From NCBI GenBank assembly GCA_038087875.1, contig CM075990.1:1800159-1864000 (forward strand): a DNA stretch of 63,842 bases. The letters run 5' to 3'. Of the stretch, positions 1 to 11,122 are shown piece by piece. The position numbers were made by a program, and so were the translations under genes. A model generated the notes under the pieces. That model was given only the letters and a program-made list of their open reading frames with translations, was not told the origin of the DNA and ran no database searches. This DNA is from Malacoraja senta (Eukaryota). How positions within the stretch are numbered: the stretch's first letter is position 1; every line of letters starts with the position of its first letter.

Positions 1-70
1 GCAGCAAGCAAGAATTTCATTGTCCTATCTGGGACACATGACAATAAACTCTCTTGACTGGACTTGACTT
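1..70 (+). mobile_element. 3' tail of a non-LTR retroposon (Rex1/L2-like tail)
   Basis: GCAAGAATTTCATTGTCC...ATGACAATAAA followed by a (GACTT)n tail; the same tail recurs at ~22372-22524 inside a CR1. Confidence 0.55.
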
Positions 71-131
71 AAGGTAGATGCAGGAGTACTCACGGACAGA
101 GGCAACAAAACACACAGAATGAGGCCGGAGC

Positions 132-235
132 AGTCTGAAGGTGGACCTCGACCCGATAAATTCACCTATTCCTTTTCTCCAGAAATGCTGCTTGACCCGC
201 TGATTTACTCCAGCATTCTGTAGCATTCTGTCTAT
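132..235 (+). mobile_element. Penelope-like element 3' end fragment with degenerate hammerhead motif
   Basis: Similar to the 3' end of the GIY-YIG element at 11447-11543 (CTGAAG...GACCCGA...CCTATTCCTTTTCTCCAGAAATGCTGC). Confidence 0.65.
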
Positions 236-244
236 CTTAAGAGC

Positions 245-864
245 AATCAAAGACAGAAGCAGGTGGAGTCACGGGCAGGGGCAGAACCACTCACAGATAG
301 AGGCAATCTCACAGAGAGAGGCAGTGATATTCACAGAGAAAAATCAAGATATCCAAGCTCAGTGTGAGAGACACCAACAGATAGTTGCAGGGACACTCGT
401 CGACAAAGGAAGTGAAACTCACTGGCAGAGGCATGAATACTCACTGGCAGAAACACACTTAATGAGTCATGAACACTCAAAAAACATTCATGGGGACGCT
501 CACCGACATAGGCGAGAAATTACAGTCAGAGGAATGGTCAAAGATCGAGGCAGAAACAGTGACAGATAGAGCGAGGGACACTCACAGACGGAGGAAACAA
601 CACTCACAGTGAGAGGCAGGAATACTGGCAGATTCAGACAGTGCTACTCGCAGAGAGATGCAGGGAAAGTCGAGGACAGTTCGAGGGACGCGCAAATACA
701 GAAGGAAAACACTCACAGATAGGCAAGAACTCTCACAGAGAATGACATGAAGACTCACAGACAGAGGTAGGAAATCTCACAGACCGAAGGAGGAGTACTC
801 ACAGACAGAGGAGGAACACATGTAAGCAAAGTCAGGGACAGTCAGAAAAGCAGGAAAACTACTG
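245..864 (+). repeat. Degenerate GA-rich minisatellite (recurrent CACTCACAGA(C/G)AGAG)
   Basis: Motif recurs many times with irregular spacing. Confidence 0.6.
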
Positions 865-909
865 TCAGAAGGGGCTAGGGGCCCTGGAACAGCCCAACAG
901 CGTCACGTG

Positions 910-1225
910 GAGGTTGTGGGGGCGGGGGGGAGGGGGTTGTGGGGGCGCGGGGAAATTTGTGGGGGCGGGGGAAGTGTGGGGGAGTAATGTTGGGGTGGGG
1001 GGGCTGTTGTGGGGCGGGGGGATTTGTGGGGGAAGGGGGAGATGTGGTGGCACGGGGAGGTTTGTGGGGGCGGGGGGAGTGTGGGGAAGTAATGTTGGGG
1101 AGGGGGGTGTTGGCGGGGGGAGTTGTGGGGGGAGAGGGGTGTGTAGGCGGGGGGGGGAGTTTTGAGGGGAGAGGGGTGTGTGGGCGGGGGGGAGTTGTGG
1201 ATGGAGAGGGGTGCTTGGGGCTGGG
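910..1225 (+). repeat. G-rich VNTR (GTGGGGGCGGGGG... units), G-quadruplex-prone
   Basis: Tandem G-tract units visible directly; source of the spurious Pro/Gly-rich ORFs. Confidence 0.85.
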
Positions 1226-1375
1226 CTTCTTTGGGTCCCTCCGAAAATTGGAAACCACCGCCGGCCATCCACAGCTCCATTAAAGATGCGATGGTGCAGG
1301 AAGGGGCGGACCGTCCCGGTGAGTGACGGGGGAAGAGACTAATCCACACGGTGCTTAACGGCAGGAGAAGAGATA

Positions 1376-2448
1376 AAGGCCTGTCTCACGAGTCTGCGGT
1401 CATTGGCGGTGATACAGGAAGTATCTACCGCTCGTGGACCACCAGAGACCGGGAGTTCGGTCAAACGCACACCGCTGAGGCCGTGCGGCGTTGGTCCCAA
1501 CACCGCACGGTGCTCACAAAAAGTCAGCAATGTTCAAAAATAATTTCTTGCCGCCAGTGAGGCACGAGTGCGGCACGGTCACCGCCACAGCCGCCGCCAG
1601 TGTGGCACGAGCGCCGCGAGTCAAACCTTCACCGCCACAGCCTCCGCCAGTGAGGCACGTGTGAGGCACGGGCACCGCCACAGCGCCGCGATCAGCACTA
1701 CCGCCGCCACAGCCCCGCGATCCTAAATGACGTTATTACTAACTTTGTTATTGCTGGTCTACAATTCCTAGGCCCTAACCCCCTTTATAAAATTGTCTTT
1801 TATAAAGCAAATTTCTATAACACCAGGTGTTTTAGGAACAAAACTCTCATATTATAGCAGAACCACCTGTAGTCTAAAAAAAATCAGTGCAGGCAGTTAT
1901 ACTATAATGGGACAGTTGTGTTTCTAAGAAACCTCTTGGTATAGAAAATCAGGCTATAAATCAATTATATTAATAGTGGTTAGAATGTTTCAGACTCTCA
2001 ATATTAAAGACCTTTTCCCAGCATGATTTTGAAAATTATATATCTTTTTGATAGCCAGCGACTTTGATTACCTGCAAAAAAATGGCGTCAGGCTCGAGCT
2101 TCACGAATACGCTCAAAATGGCGTCAGGGCTCGAGCTTATAGACTCCTCCCAAGACTCCGCGCACCCCCCCCCCCCCCTTCCGGTAAGTCCGCGATCGCA
2201 TGCTGGTTGGACAGGCCGTGCGGTGGTCACCCGGCATACGCGCAGCAACAGCTTCCGGAAAGGCTAAATATTTTTAACTTACCGCAAGCTCGTGGGACCG
2301 GCCGTACTGAGCTCACTCGGCCCCCGCGCAGCATCCGTGCAGCGCTCCCGCGGCATAGGCTCGGCGCTCTTGCGGTTGACGTGCGGTCCCCTCTTCCGGC
2401 GACGCAGCGCTTCACCGCCAATGACCGCAACACCGTGAGACAGAGCCT
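1376..2448 (+). mobile_element. PIF/Harbinger-like MITE, copy A
   Basis: Imperfect TIRs AAGGCCTGTCTCACG...CGTGAGACAGAGCCT; flanks ATA/TTA; reverse complement of copy B with extra internal sequence. Confidence 0.7.
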
Positions 2449-2867
2449 TTAGACCTGCGCACGCACGGTTTTTAAGCTTTTTTAAAACCTTGCTAACGTT
2501 TACGACATCAACCCATCGAAATTAAACTTGGAGGACTCGCACCACAGGAGAACAATGAGTGAACTGGTGAAAAATCGTAGCACTACCTCGAACCATTTTT
2601 GTGTAAATAGAAAGACCGCGCAAACCGGAAGATAACAAGATCAGAGTTTTAGTTATGTGTTGATAGAATAGAATAGAATAGAATTGAATTGAATAGATGG
2701 TGATGGAGTGGGAAATGTTGATGTCCAAAATACGCGTATTTGTACAGGTTGAGAGAGAGTAAGTACAGAGTTTGAATCTGTGCGTGTATGTGAGAGAGAG
2801 TGCATGTGAGCGTGGGTGCGCATTTGTATGTATGTGAGGATGTTTTTGTGTGTGTGTGAGTAAATAA

Positions 2868-3394
2868 AGGCTCTGTCTCACGGTGTTGCGGTCATCGGCG
2901 GTGAAGCGCGGCGTCGCCGGTAGAGGGGACCGCACGGCAACGGCGAGAGCGCCGAGCCTATGCCACGGGAGCGCCGCACGGATGCTGCGCGGGGGCCGAG
3001 TGATTTAAGTACGGCTGGTCCCACGAGCTGCCGGTAAGTTAAAAAAAAGGGCGGGCCGATGCGATGACGTCATTTCGGATCTACGGGGCTGTGGCGGCGG
3101 CAGTGCTGATCGCGGCGCTGTGGCGGCGGCCGTGCCGGCGGCCGTGCCTCACTGGTGGAGGCTGTGGCGGTGAAGGTTCTACTCACGGCGCTCGTGCCAC
3201 ACTGGCGGAGGCTGTGCGGTAGGAACATATTTTTGAACAGTGTTGGGTTTTATTTAGCACCGTGCGGTGTTGGGAACAACGCCGCACGGCCCCGGAATTG
3301 TGCGTTTGACCGAGCCCGCGGTCTCTGGCGGCCCAGGAGCGGTAGATAGTTCCTGTTTCGCCGCCAATGACCGCAGACTCATGCGACAGGCCTT
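2868..3394 (-). mobile_element. PIF/Harbinger-like MITE, copy B
   Basis: TIRs AGGCTCTGTCTCAC...GCGACAGGCCTT flanked by TAA TSDs (2865-2867, 3395-3397). Confidence 0.75.
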
Positions 3395-4104
3395 TAAGTG
3401 TGCATGTCTGTACATGAAGGTGTTTTGTGTGTGTGTGTGTTTGTGAGTGAGTATGTGTGTTTATGTGTGAGTGAGTGTATGTAAGGGAGTGTGTGTAGGT
3501 GAGAGAGAGAGTGGTTGGGTAGTCACGGCGGGGGGATGCAGAGGAGAAGGTCGATAAATATAGGAGATGGGAGGTGAGGGAAGACAGCGATTGGAACGGG
3601 GAATGGAAGATAGTGGGGAGGGAACAAATAGTGGGCACAGAATTATAGCATTAGGCCACTAATGAGGGAGGAAAGCCAAAAAGATGACAGACATAGGAAA
3701 AGAGTGGTGACGAGGAAGGGTAAACAGAGTCTGAAGGATAATTCTTGGGCGAATAGCAATGGAATTGTGTTGGTGAACTACGAGTTTGGGCGAATTAAGG
3801 CAATGGTGTGGTGGGTGCAGTCAAAAAGGGGAAATGGGGAAGTGAGAACGAGGAAAACTGGAGAGATGAGCGGGAACGGGGAGAGAGCACATCTGGGAGG
3901 AGGGAGTGAGAATGATGGTGGGGGGGGGTGCCAGGGGAAGTAGAAAGAACAAGTCTGGGTCATAGAACAAAGAAGCGGGCGAGGGATTTGGGAGACCGTC
4001 TGCGAGTAACAATGGTGGGAAGTGGGACGTTGTGGCAGGAACCTAAGCGCCCGGGGGTGGGAGAGTGGGGGGGGGGGGGGTTGCATTGTGAGCCGCAAGG
4101 AATG

Positions 4105-4385
4105 AGTGAGTATGTGTGTGTGTGTGTGTGTGTGTGTGTTTGTGTGTGTGGCGCATGTGTGGGGGATGAGTGTGTGTGAGCGGGTGTGTAAGTGTGTCTA
4201 TTTGAGTGGGTTTTCAGCGTGCGCGTGTGAATGCCTGTTTGTGAGTGCATTTTGTGTGTGTTCGTGTGTGTGTATGTGCTCGCGTGAGTGTATGTCTGCA
4301 TGTGAGGTGTTTTTGAGTCTGAATGAATCCCTGTGTTGTGAGTGTATGCGTGTGTGAAACTATCTGTGTCAGAGACTATGAGTGT
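4105..4385. repeat. (TG)n and degenerate TG microsatellite
   Basis: Direct inspection. Confidence 0.85.
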
Positions 4386-4444
4386 CAGAGGAGCATAACG
4401 GTTGGAACGATGGAAAGACATTGAATGCAAGCGACCGGGATGGT

Positions 4445-5100
4445 CAGTTGGTGTAGGAAGGAACTGCAGATGTTGGTTTAAACCGACGATGGATACAACA
4501 CGCTGTAGTAACAGCAGGACAGCTGGAGAGAAGGAATGGGTGACCTTTTGGGTCAGTCTGAAGAAGGGGCTCGACCCGAAACATCACCCATTCCTTCTCT
4601 CCAGACATGCTGCCTGTCCCACTGAGTTACTCCAGCATTTTGTGTCTATGGCCAGTAGGACTGATTGAAATGTACCCCTGCTCTTCCCGCCCCTACTTCT
4701 CACTCTACTTCGTCCTTTTCATTTCATACCCTCCCATCTCTGCCGTCTCTTTTTCTGCCTACATCATTCTCCCTCCACTTTGTCTCCGGAGTTACCCACA
4801 GCCGCATCCCGACTTCTTCAAATGCAACCACATGTTACCAGGCGATCTACTGAGAGATTATATTTCAATGATAGACACAAAATGCTGGAGTAACTCAACG
4901 GGACAGGCAGCATCTCTGGAGAGAAGGAATGGGTGACGTTTCGGGTCGAGACCCTTCTTCAGACTAATGTCAGGGGAGTGGGCGGGACAGAGGTAGAATG
5001 CAGTCGGAGACAGTAAGACTGATGGGAGAACTGGGAAGGGGGAATGGATGGAGAGAGAGGAAAAGCATGCGCTATGTGAAGTTAGAGAAATTATATTCCA
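4445..5100. mobile_element. Three Penelope-like 3' end fragments in alternating orientation
   Basis: Minus 4445-4554, plus 4555-4649, minus 4871-5100; 4555-4649 and 4871-4965 form a ~95-bp inverted repeat. Confidence 0.75.
4931..4965 (-). ncRNA. Minimal type-I hammerhead ribozyme motif (Penelope-associated)
   Basis: Minus strand reads AGT-CTGAAGA-A-GGGTCTCGACCC-GAAAC-GTC-ACCC: CUGANGA and GAAA cores, stem II, palindromic ACGT helix III, GUC site; helix I is very short. Confidence 0.6.
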
Positions 5101-8007
5101 ATGGTGGGTGTGGAAGTCACGCGCCGATGAGAAAGCGACCGAATCTGAGGGTGGGGGGGATGGTGGGGATACGGGGGAGATGGTGGGGGTAGGGAGGGGT
5201 TGTGGGGGCGGGGGGGTTGTGGGGGTAGGTGAAGGGGTGTGACGTAGGGCGCAGTGTGGCAGAGTGTGGGGGAGGAGTGTGTGTGATGGGAGGAGTGTGG
5301 GGAAGGGGGGTAGGGGGGCTGTAGGGAGGGGGGTGTAGGGGATGGGGGTGTAGCGGAGGGGGTATGTAGTGGAGGAGGATGTGTAGGGGAGGGAGGGGTG
5401 TGGGGGGTTGTAGGGGAGGAAGGGTGTGGGGGGTGGGGGTTGTGGGGTAGGGGAGGGGTATATGTCGGAGGAGGGGAGGGGTGTGTGTGGTTGGGGGGAG
5501 GGGTGTGCGTGGTTGGGGGGGAGGGGTGGTGTGGGATGGGAGGGGGTGGTGTGGGGTAGGAGGGTGTGGTGTGGGGGGGAGGGGGTGGTGAGTGGTGTGG
5601 GGTAGGGGGGGTTGTGGGGCTCAGGTGCTCCAGGACCCGGCTGCACACATCGGCTTCCGGCTCGTCGTGGTGGTCGCCGCCCCCGCTCGCAGAACACAAA
5701 GCACAGACCCCGTTCGCAGAACACACAATCTGCTCGCACTGGGCGTCGTTGTCCTGGCGAAGAACACACCAATAGCTTTTCTAATATTTCACCGATCTGA
5801 ACAAAACTTGGTGCGCTTGGAGCAAAGGAGAACGGTGAGTAAGGTGGCTTAAAAATCCGAGCGATTTTTAATCACAAAACCTCAAATTACTATACCAAAC
5901 ATATTAAATTTAATTGAGGATTTTGAATCCTTTTCTGGATACAGAATATATTGGAACAAACGTGAAATTATGTCAATAAAACCGAAAGACTCAACACACC
6001 TCTTAAAATTCCCTTTTAAAATAGATACAGAAAAATTTAAATACTTGGGTTTTGAAATTACCAGAAAATATCAAGCCATGTTCAACGCAAATTATAATCC
6101 TCTACTTAAGAAATTAAATACCTTAATTAAATTCTGGAAAACGCTTCCGATGTCTTTAATAGGCCGAATAAATGCTATAAAAATGATCTTTTTACCACAA
6201 ATTCAATACCTATTCCAATCAATTCCTATATACCTACCAAAAAAGTTTTTTTTTAAACTGGATTCAGACATTACAAATTTTATATAGGATTATAAATCCC
6301 ATAGAATAAAAAGAACACATTTGAACAAACCCAAAGTATTAGGTGGCTTAGCACTCCCTAACTTTATGTACTATTATTGGTCAGTAAATATTAAAAATAT
6401 GATTCAACTGATGGACAACTCTGCCCAGCAGGTGGATTGGATTATAATGGAGAGAGAGGACTGCTCCTCTTGTAATATTGGAGCGATCCTCCTCTCACCA
6501 ATGAAGTTGAATAACACATACTATAACACAAATCCAATTATACATAGTACAATTAGAACTTGGAAACAAATAAAACATAATTTAAAATTAAGAAATCTAT
6601 CACTCTTCTCTCCAATAGTTAATAACCCTTCGTTTAAACCCTCCATTATAGATAAATCATTTATACAATGGGAAAGATTAGGAATTAAAATGCTCGGAGA
6701 CTTGTATGAAACTGGAAAATTACTATCATTCCAACAATTACAACTAAAATATAATCTGGGAAACAATCAATATTTTAAATATTTCCAAATATGTGATTAT
6801 CTGAAAAAATATACAAAAGATTATTATAATATGCCACTAGATTTACTGGACGAAGCAATGAAGACAAAAGCCGAATCAGCAAATTTAATATCTTATTTGT
6901 ATAATATTATTTTAAATGTAGAAATACCAGCAACGGAAGGTATTAGAAGAGACTGAGAACAAGAACTAACTATTAAAATTTCATAAGAGAGGTGGGATGA
7001 ACATTTATTAAATGTGCACAAATGCTCGATTAATGTAAGACACACTTTAATTCAATTCAAAATTTTACATAGATTATACTACTCAAAAACCAAAATTAGT
7101 AAAAAATTTCACAACGTATCATCTATCTGTGATAAATGCCAGTCTCAAGAAGCTACTATAGCGCATTCATTTGTCTTTAGCACAAAAATTCAAAAATTTT
7201 GGATTGACATTTTTGAAATCTTTACAAAATTATTTAAAATAAAACTGATACCAAAAGCAGAATGGATTATTTTTGGAACAACGGAAGGTAGCCCTGAACT
7301 AAATGTGTTTCAAAAGAACCTATTTGATTACGGGTTAATAACTGGAAAAAAGCTTATTCTAAATTTCTGGGAAAATGCTCCGATACCAACAATAAACATG
7401 TGGATTTCAAATATGTTTGAAACATTACACCTGGAAGAGATGAGACTCCTCCTGGCAGGTAAATCAGATCACTTCTATAGGACGTGGTCTTCATTTATAG
7501 AATTATTACAAGCAAAGGTGCAACAGTACTTTAAAAAGGTACCGATGTCAGGACTTGGTAAAGGGGGATGAAAGGTGGCGAGCTGGTATATCCCTTTTGC
7601 GCGATGTTTATAATAGAGTATCTGTTTTTCTCTTTTTTCTTCTTTCTCTTTTTTCTTTCCTAAGGTCTATCTCTTAATCTCCTTTCTCTAATTTCTCGTC
7701 TACAGGGTCTTTCTTCTTTCCTTTTGACACGCTTTTACACTAACACAATTTTCTTTCACTTTCTCTTTCTTCTCAATTTCAACCTTTTTTTAATAGCTTT
7801 AAAAAATGAAGGAGTACATTGAATGTAATAAGATATACGCAGAGTGCATTAATGTAATTGGTTGTAATTTAATGTACTTCTAATAAATAAAATTAAAAAA
7901 AATTAAAAATCCTAGCGATATAGGTACCGTTTTGCGCAAATTTAAAAACAACGCAAACCGTAAGTGGTCAAGATGAGAGTTTTAGTAATAGTATAGTAGA
8001 GTATAGA

Positions 8008-8008
<1 letters not shown>
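5100..8008 (-). mobile_element. Putative non-autonomous Helitron-like element, copy 2 (split by an L1)
   Basis: G-rich VNTR 5150-5620; terminal region shared with copy 1; minus strand begins TCTATAC..CTATACTATTACTAAAAC, resembling Helitron 5' ends. Confidence 0.45.
5866..7904 (+). mobile_element. 5'-truncated L1-clade LINE (ORF2 C-terminal part, 3' UTR, polyA)
   Basis: KYLG and GGLALPN motifs, C-terminal Cys/His motif, AATAAA and A tail; 15-bp TSD AAAAATCC(G/T)AGCGAT at 5851-5865 and 7905-7919 at a TT/AAAA site. Confidence 0.92.
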
Positions 8009-8590
<582 letters not shown>

Positions 8591-10361
8591 TGACGATATT
8601 GCTCTAACTCGATTCTTTCTTGTAACATGACAAGAACCTTGATGTAATTAATGTAACGGTTGTGTTTCAGTTTATAATTCATTTTATTGGCTGCACAGCG
8701 AGTACAGAGCCATCTCTGATGACCATAAACGCGCGCATTCGCAAGTAGGATACCAATCATTAACAACAGCGCCTTCATCGTCCTGCGCCGAGTTCAAAGA
8801 GTCCGGGTCTGCTGGCTGGGGCAGAAATCTTCCGGTTATGAACTCCGAGTTAATCTTGATTTAGGATCGGCTCACACGGGTCTGAACTCTCAGTAAATCT
8901 CGGGAAAGGTACCTCCAACTTACGTAATGTGATCACGTTAGCTCGGCACAATCGGATCCGGAGCCCAATCGCAGCTGGTCCATAGCCACGTGTCAACTAC
9001 ATAAAATGGACGATTAACTCATAAATGCCCGACTGTGTAAGACCAGGCGTTCTAATCCTTACTCTCGCTCCTCTAGTTCCCCGTAAATGTTGTACTCTCA
9101 GTTTGATATCTCCGTCTGTGTGCCACCCAAGGGCGGCGCTGGGCTGAGGGAGCTTCGCCAGTCTGGTGGCACATGGTGTGCAGGAGCCCCTGGTGACTGT
9201 ACCCATTGAAAACAGGTACACGCTCATGGGAGCTGTCGGTGCGGATGACACGAGAAGATTGAGTGGCAGCCAGGGCTGTGGCTCCAACCCTGGTGCTGAG
9301 GCTCAACGTGGAAGAGTGACCTCAGGCATAGCCGGAGTGGTGGCGGACTCGATAGTCAGAGGTGCGGACAGGAGATTTTGCGGCAACTGGCGAGACTCCA
9401 GGATGATGTGCTGCCTCCCTGGTGCAGGGTCCAGGACGTCTCGGACCGGCTGCACGGCATCCTCAAGAGTGAAGGGGAGCAGCCGAAGGTTGTTGTGCAT
9501 GTTGGCACTAACGAAATCGGTAGGAAGAGGAAGGAGGTTCTGCAACACGATTTTACGGAATTGGGCATAAGACTGAAAAGTAGGACCTGCAGAGTAATGA
9601 TCTCAGGATTGCTTCCAATACATCGTGCTGGTGAAGATAAGAACAGGAAGATAGGGGAAATGAAAGTGTGGCTGAGGAGTTGGTGCACAGGGCATGGATT
9701 TACATTTCTGGATCATTGGATCTCTTCTGCTGCAGGGGTGACCTATACAAAAGAGACGGGTTGCACCCCCACTCCCAATTCCTCCGTCTACGCCGCATCT
9801 GCTCCCAGGATGAGGCGTTCCACACCAGGGCATCCGAAATGTCCTCATTCTTCAGGGAACGGGGGTTCCCCTCCTCCACCATAGATGAGGCTCGCACCAG
9901 GGTCTCTGCCATACCCCGCAAGACTGCTCTCTCTCCCCATCCCCCCACTCATAACAAGGGCAGAGTCCCCCTAGTCCTCACCTTTCACCCCACCAGCCGT
10001 CACATACAACACGTGATCCTCCGTCAGTTTCGCCACCTCCAACGTGACCCCACCAATCGCCACATCTTCCAATCCCCCCCATGTCTGCCTTCTGCAAAGA
10101 CTGCTCCCTTTGTAACTCCCTTGTCAATTCTTCCCTTCCCTCCCGTACCACCCCTCCCCGGACACTTTCCCTTGCAACCGCAAGAGATGCAACACTTGTC
10201 CCTTCACCTCCCCCCTAGACTCAATTCAAGGACCCAAGCAGTCGTTCCCGGTGCGACAGAGGTTCACCTGCATCTCCTCCAACCTCATCTATTGCATCCG
10301 CTGCTCTAGATGTCAGCTGATCTACATCGGTGAGACCAAGCGGAGGATTGGCGATCGTTTC

Positions 10362-11122
10362 TGTAGAATTGATAGTATTGCTTTCATGCGGAATGTCTAT
10401 AGGATCAACAAGTTCAGCCGTTCTACACGCATGAGCCGCGTCGTTTAGCGACAGCTCTGGCCGTCTCAAGAGCTCTGATCTGAGCTTTTGATCGGTGATA
10501 CCATTCACTAAAATATCCCTCGTTAACTGATCAGTCAACTGATCCGCAGGCATTTCCTGAAATCGACAACGTTGTGCTAGATACATCAAAGAGGAAATAT
10601 ATGCGTCCGCTCGTTCCCCGGGAAGTTGACGACGAGAGAAAAACCTTGCCCTGTCCAAAATGTGATTTGAGGGCAGGTCACAGATCTGAGCCAGTTTACG
10701 CAGCAAAACATTAGGGTCAGCGGGAGACTCCGCCAGTGTAATTACCTGGTCCTGGGCATCACGGATAGCCAGAGCATAACGGAATGTTCTCGATCGACGA
10801 AGGGCACCAGGTCCCGCAAGGTTGAGCAAGAGAGAAGCCTTAACAGCATCTGGTTATTTCGCTGTACAACTGGTCTCCAATTGGAGGCGTGGGTTCGTAT
10901 CCCACTTTTGACACCATGTATATCACTTCAAAGCATATAAGATTTACACACATCTTTATTCAGCACTTTAACTTGGCAGCATTACAGAGCTAGGTGTTGT
11001 CAGTTCATCCTGGCTGCTTCAACTAATGGTGCTGGGAATGGGCGTTAGTATAAATGTTATAATGGGGTGGAGTTAGTGATGCCAGCTAAGTGTGATTGAT
11101 TCACATGCATCATCAATCTACA
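10362..11122 (-). mobile_element. Aberrant Gypsy insertion: one LTR (10917-11122), tRNA-derived segment and gag fragment
   Basis: 5-bp TSD GTTTC at 10357-10361 and 11123-11127; gag similar to that of the 13930-18327 element (LLNLAGP, FFSRRQ.PGE, RDILV.G). Confidence 0.88.
10870..10916 (+). tRNA. 3' portion of tRNA-Leu(CAA)-like sequence with CCA (copied primer, not a tRNA gene)
   Basis: CTGGTCTCCAATTGGAGGCGTGGGTTCGTATCCCACTTTTGACACCA resembles the variable arm, T arm and acceptor stem of vertebrate tRNA-Leu(CAA), recalled from memory. Confidence 0.85.

Larger units (their letters stand above)
865..2690 (-). mobile_element. Putative non-autonomous Helitron-like element, copy 1 (hosts a MITE)
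   Basis: 2452-2665 is homologous to 5771-5865 plus 7920-8005; internal G-rich VNTR; terminus flanked by (TAGAA)n. Helitron assignment is inference. Confidence 0.45.

Noticed and set aside
245..864. CRISPR-like repeat/spacer array
   Set aside because: Eukaryotic context, degenerate irregular units and no cas genes
865..1349. Pro- and Gly-rich ORFs in several frames (also 4858-5772)
   Set aside because: Artefacts of G-rich VNTRs that lack stop codons
8643..9001. Possible solo LTR (TGTA...TACA)
   Set aside because: No matching TSD and no second copy in the window
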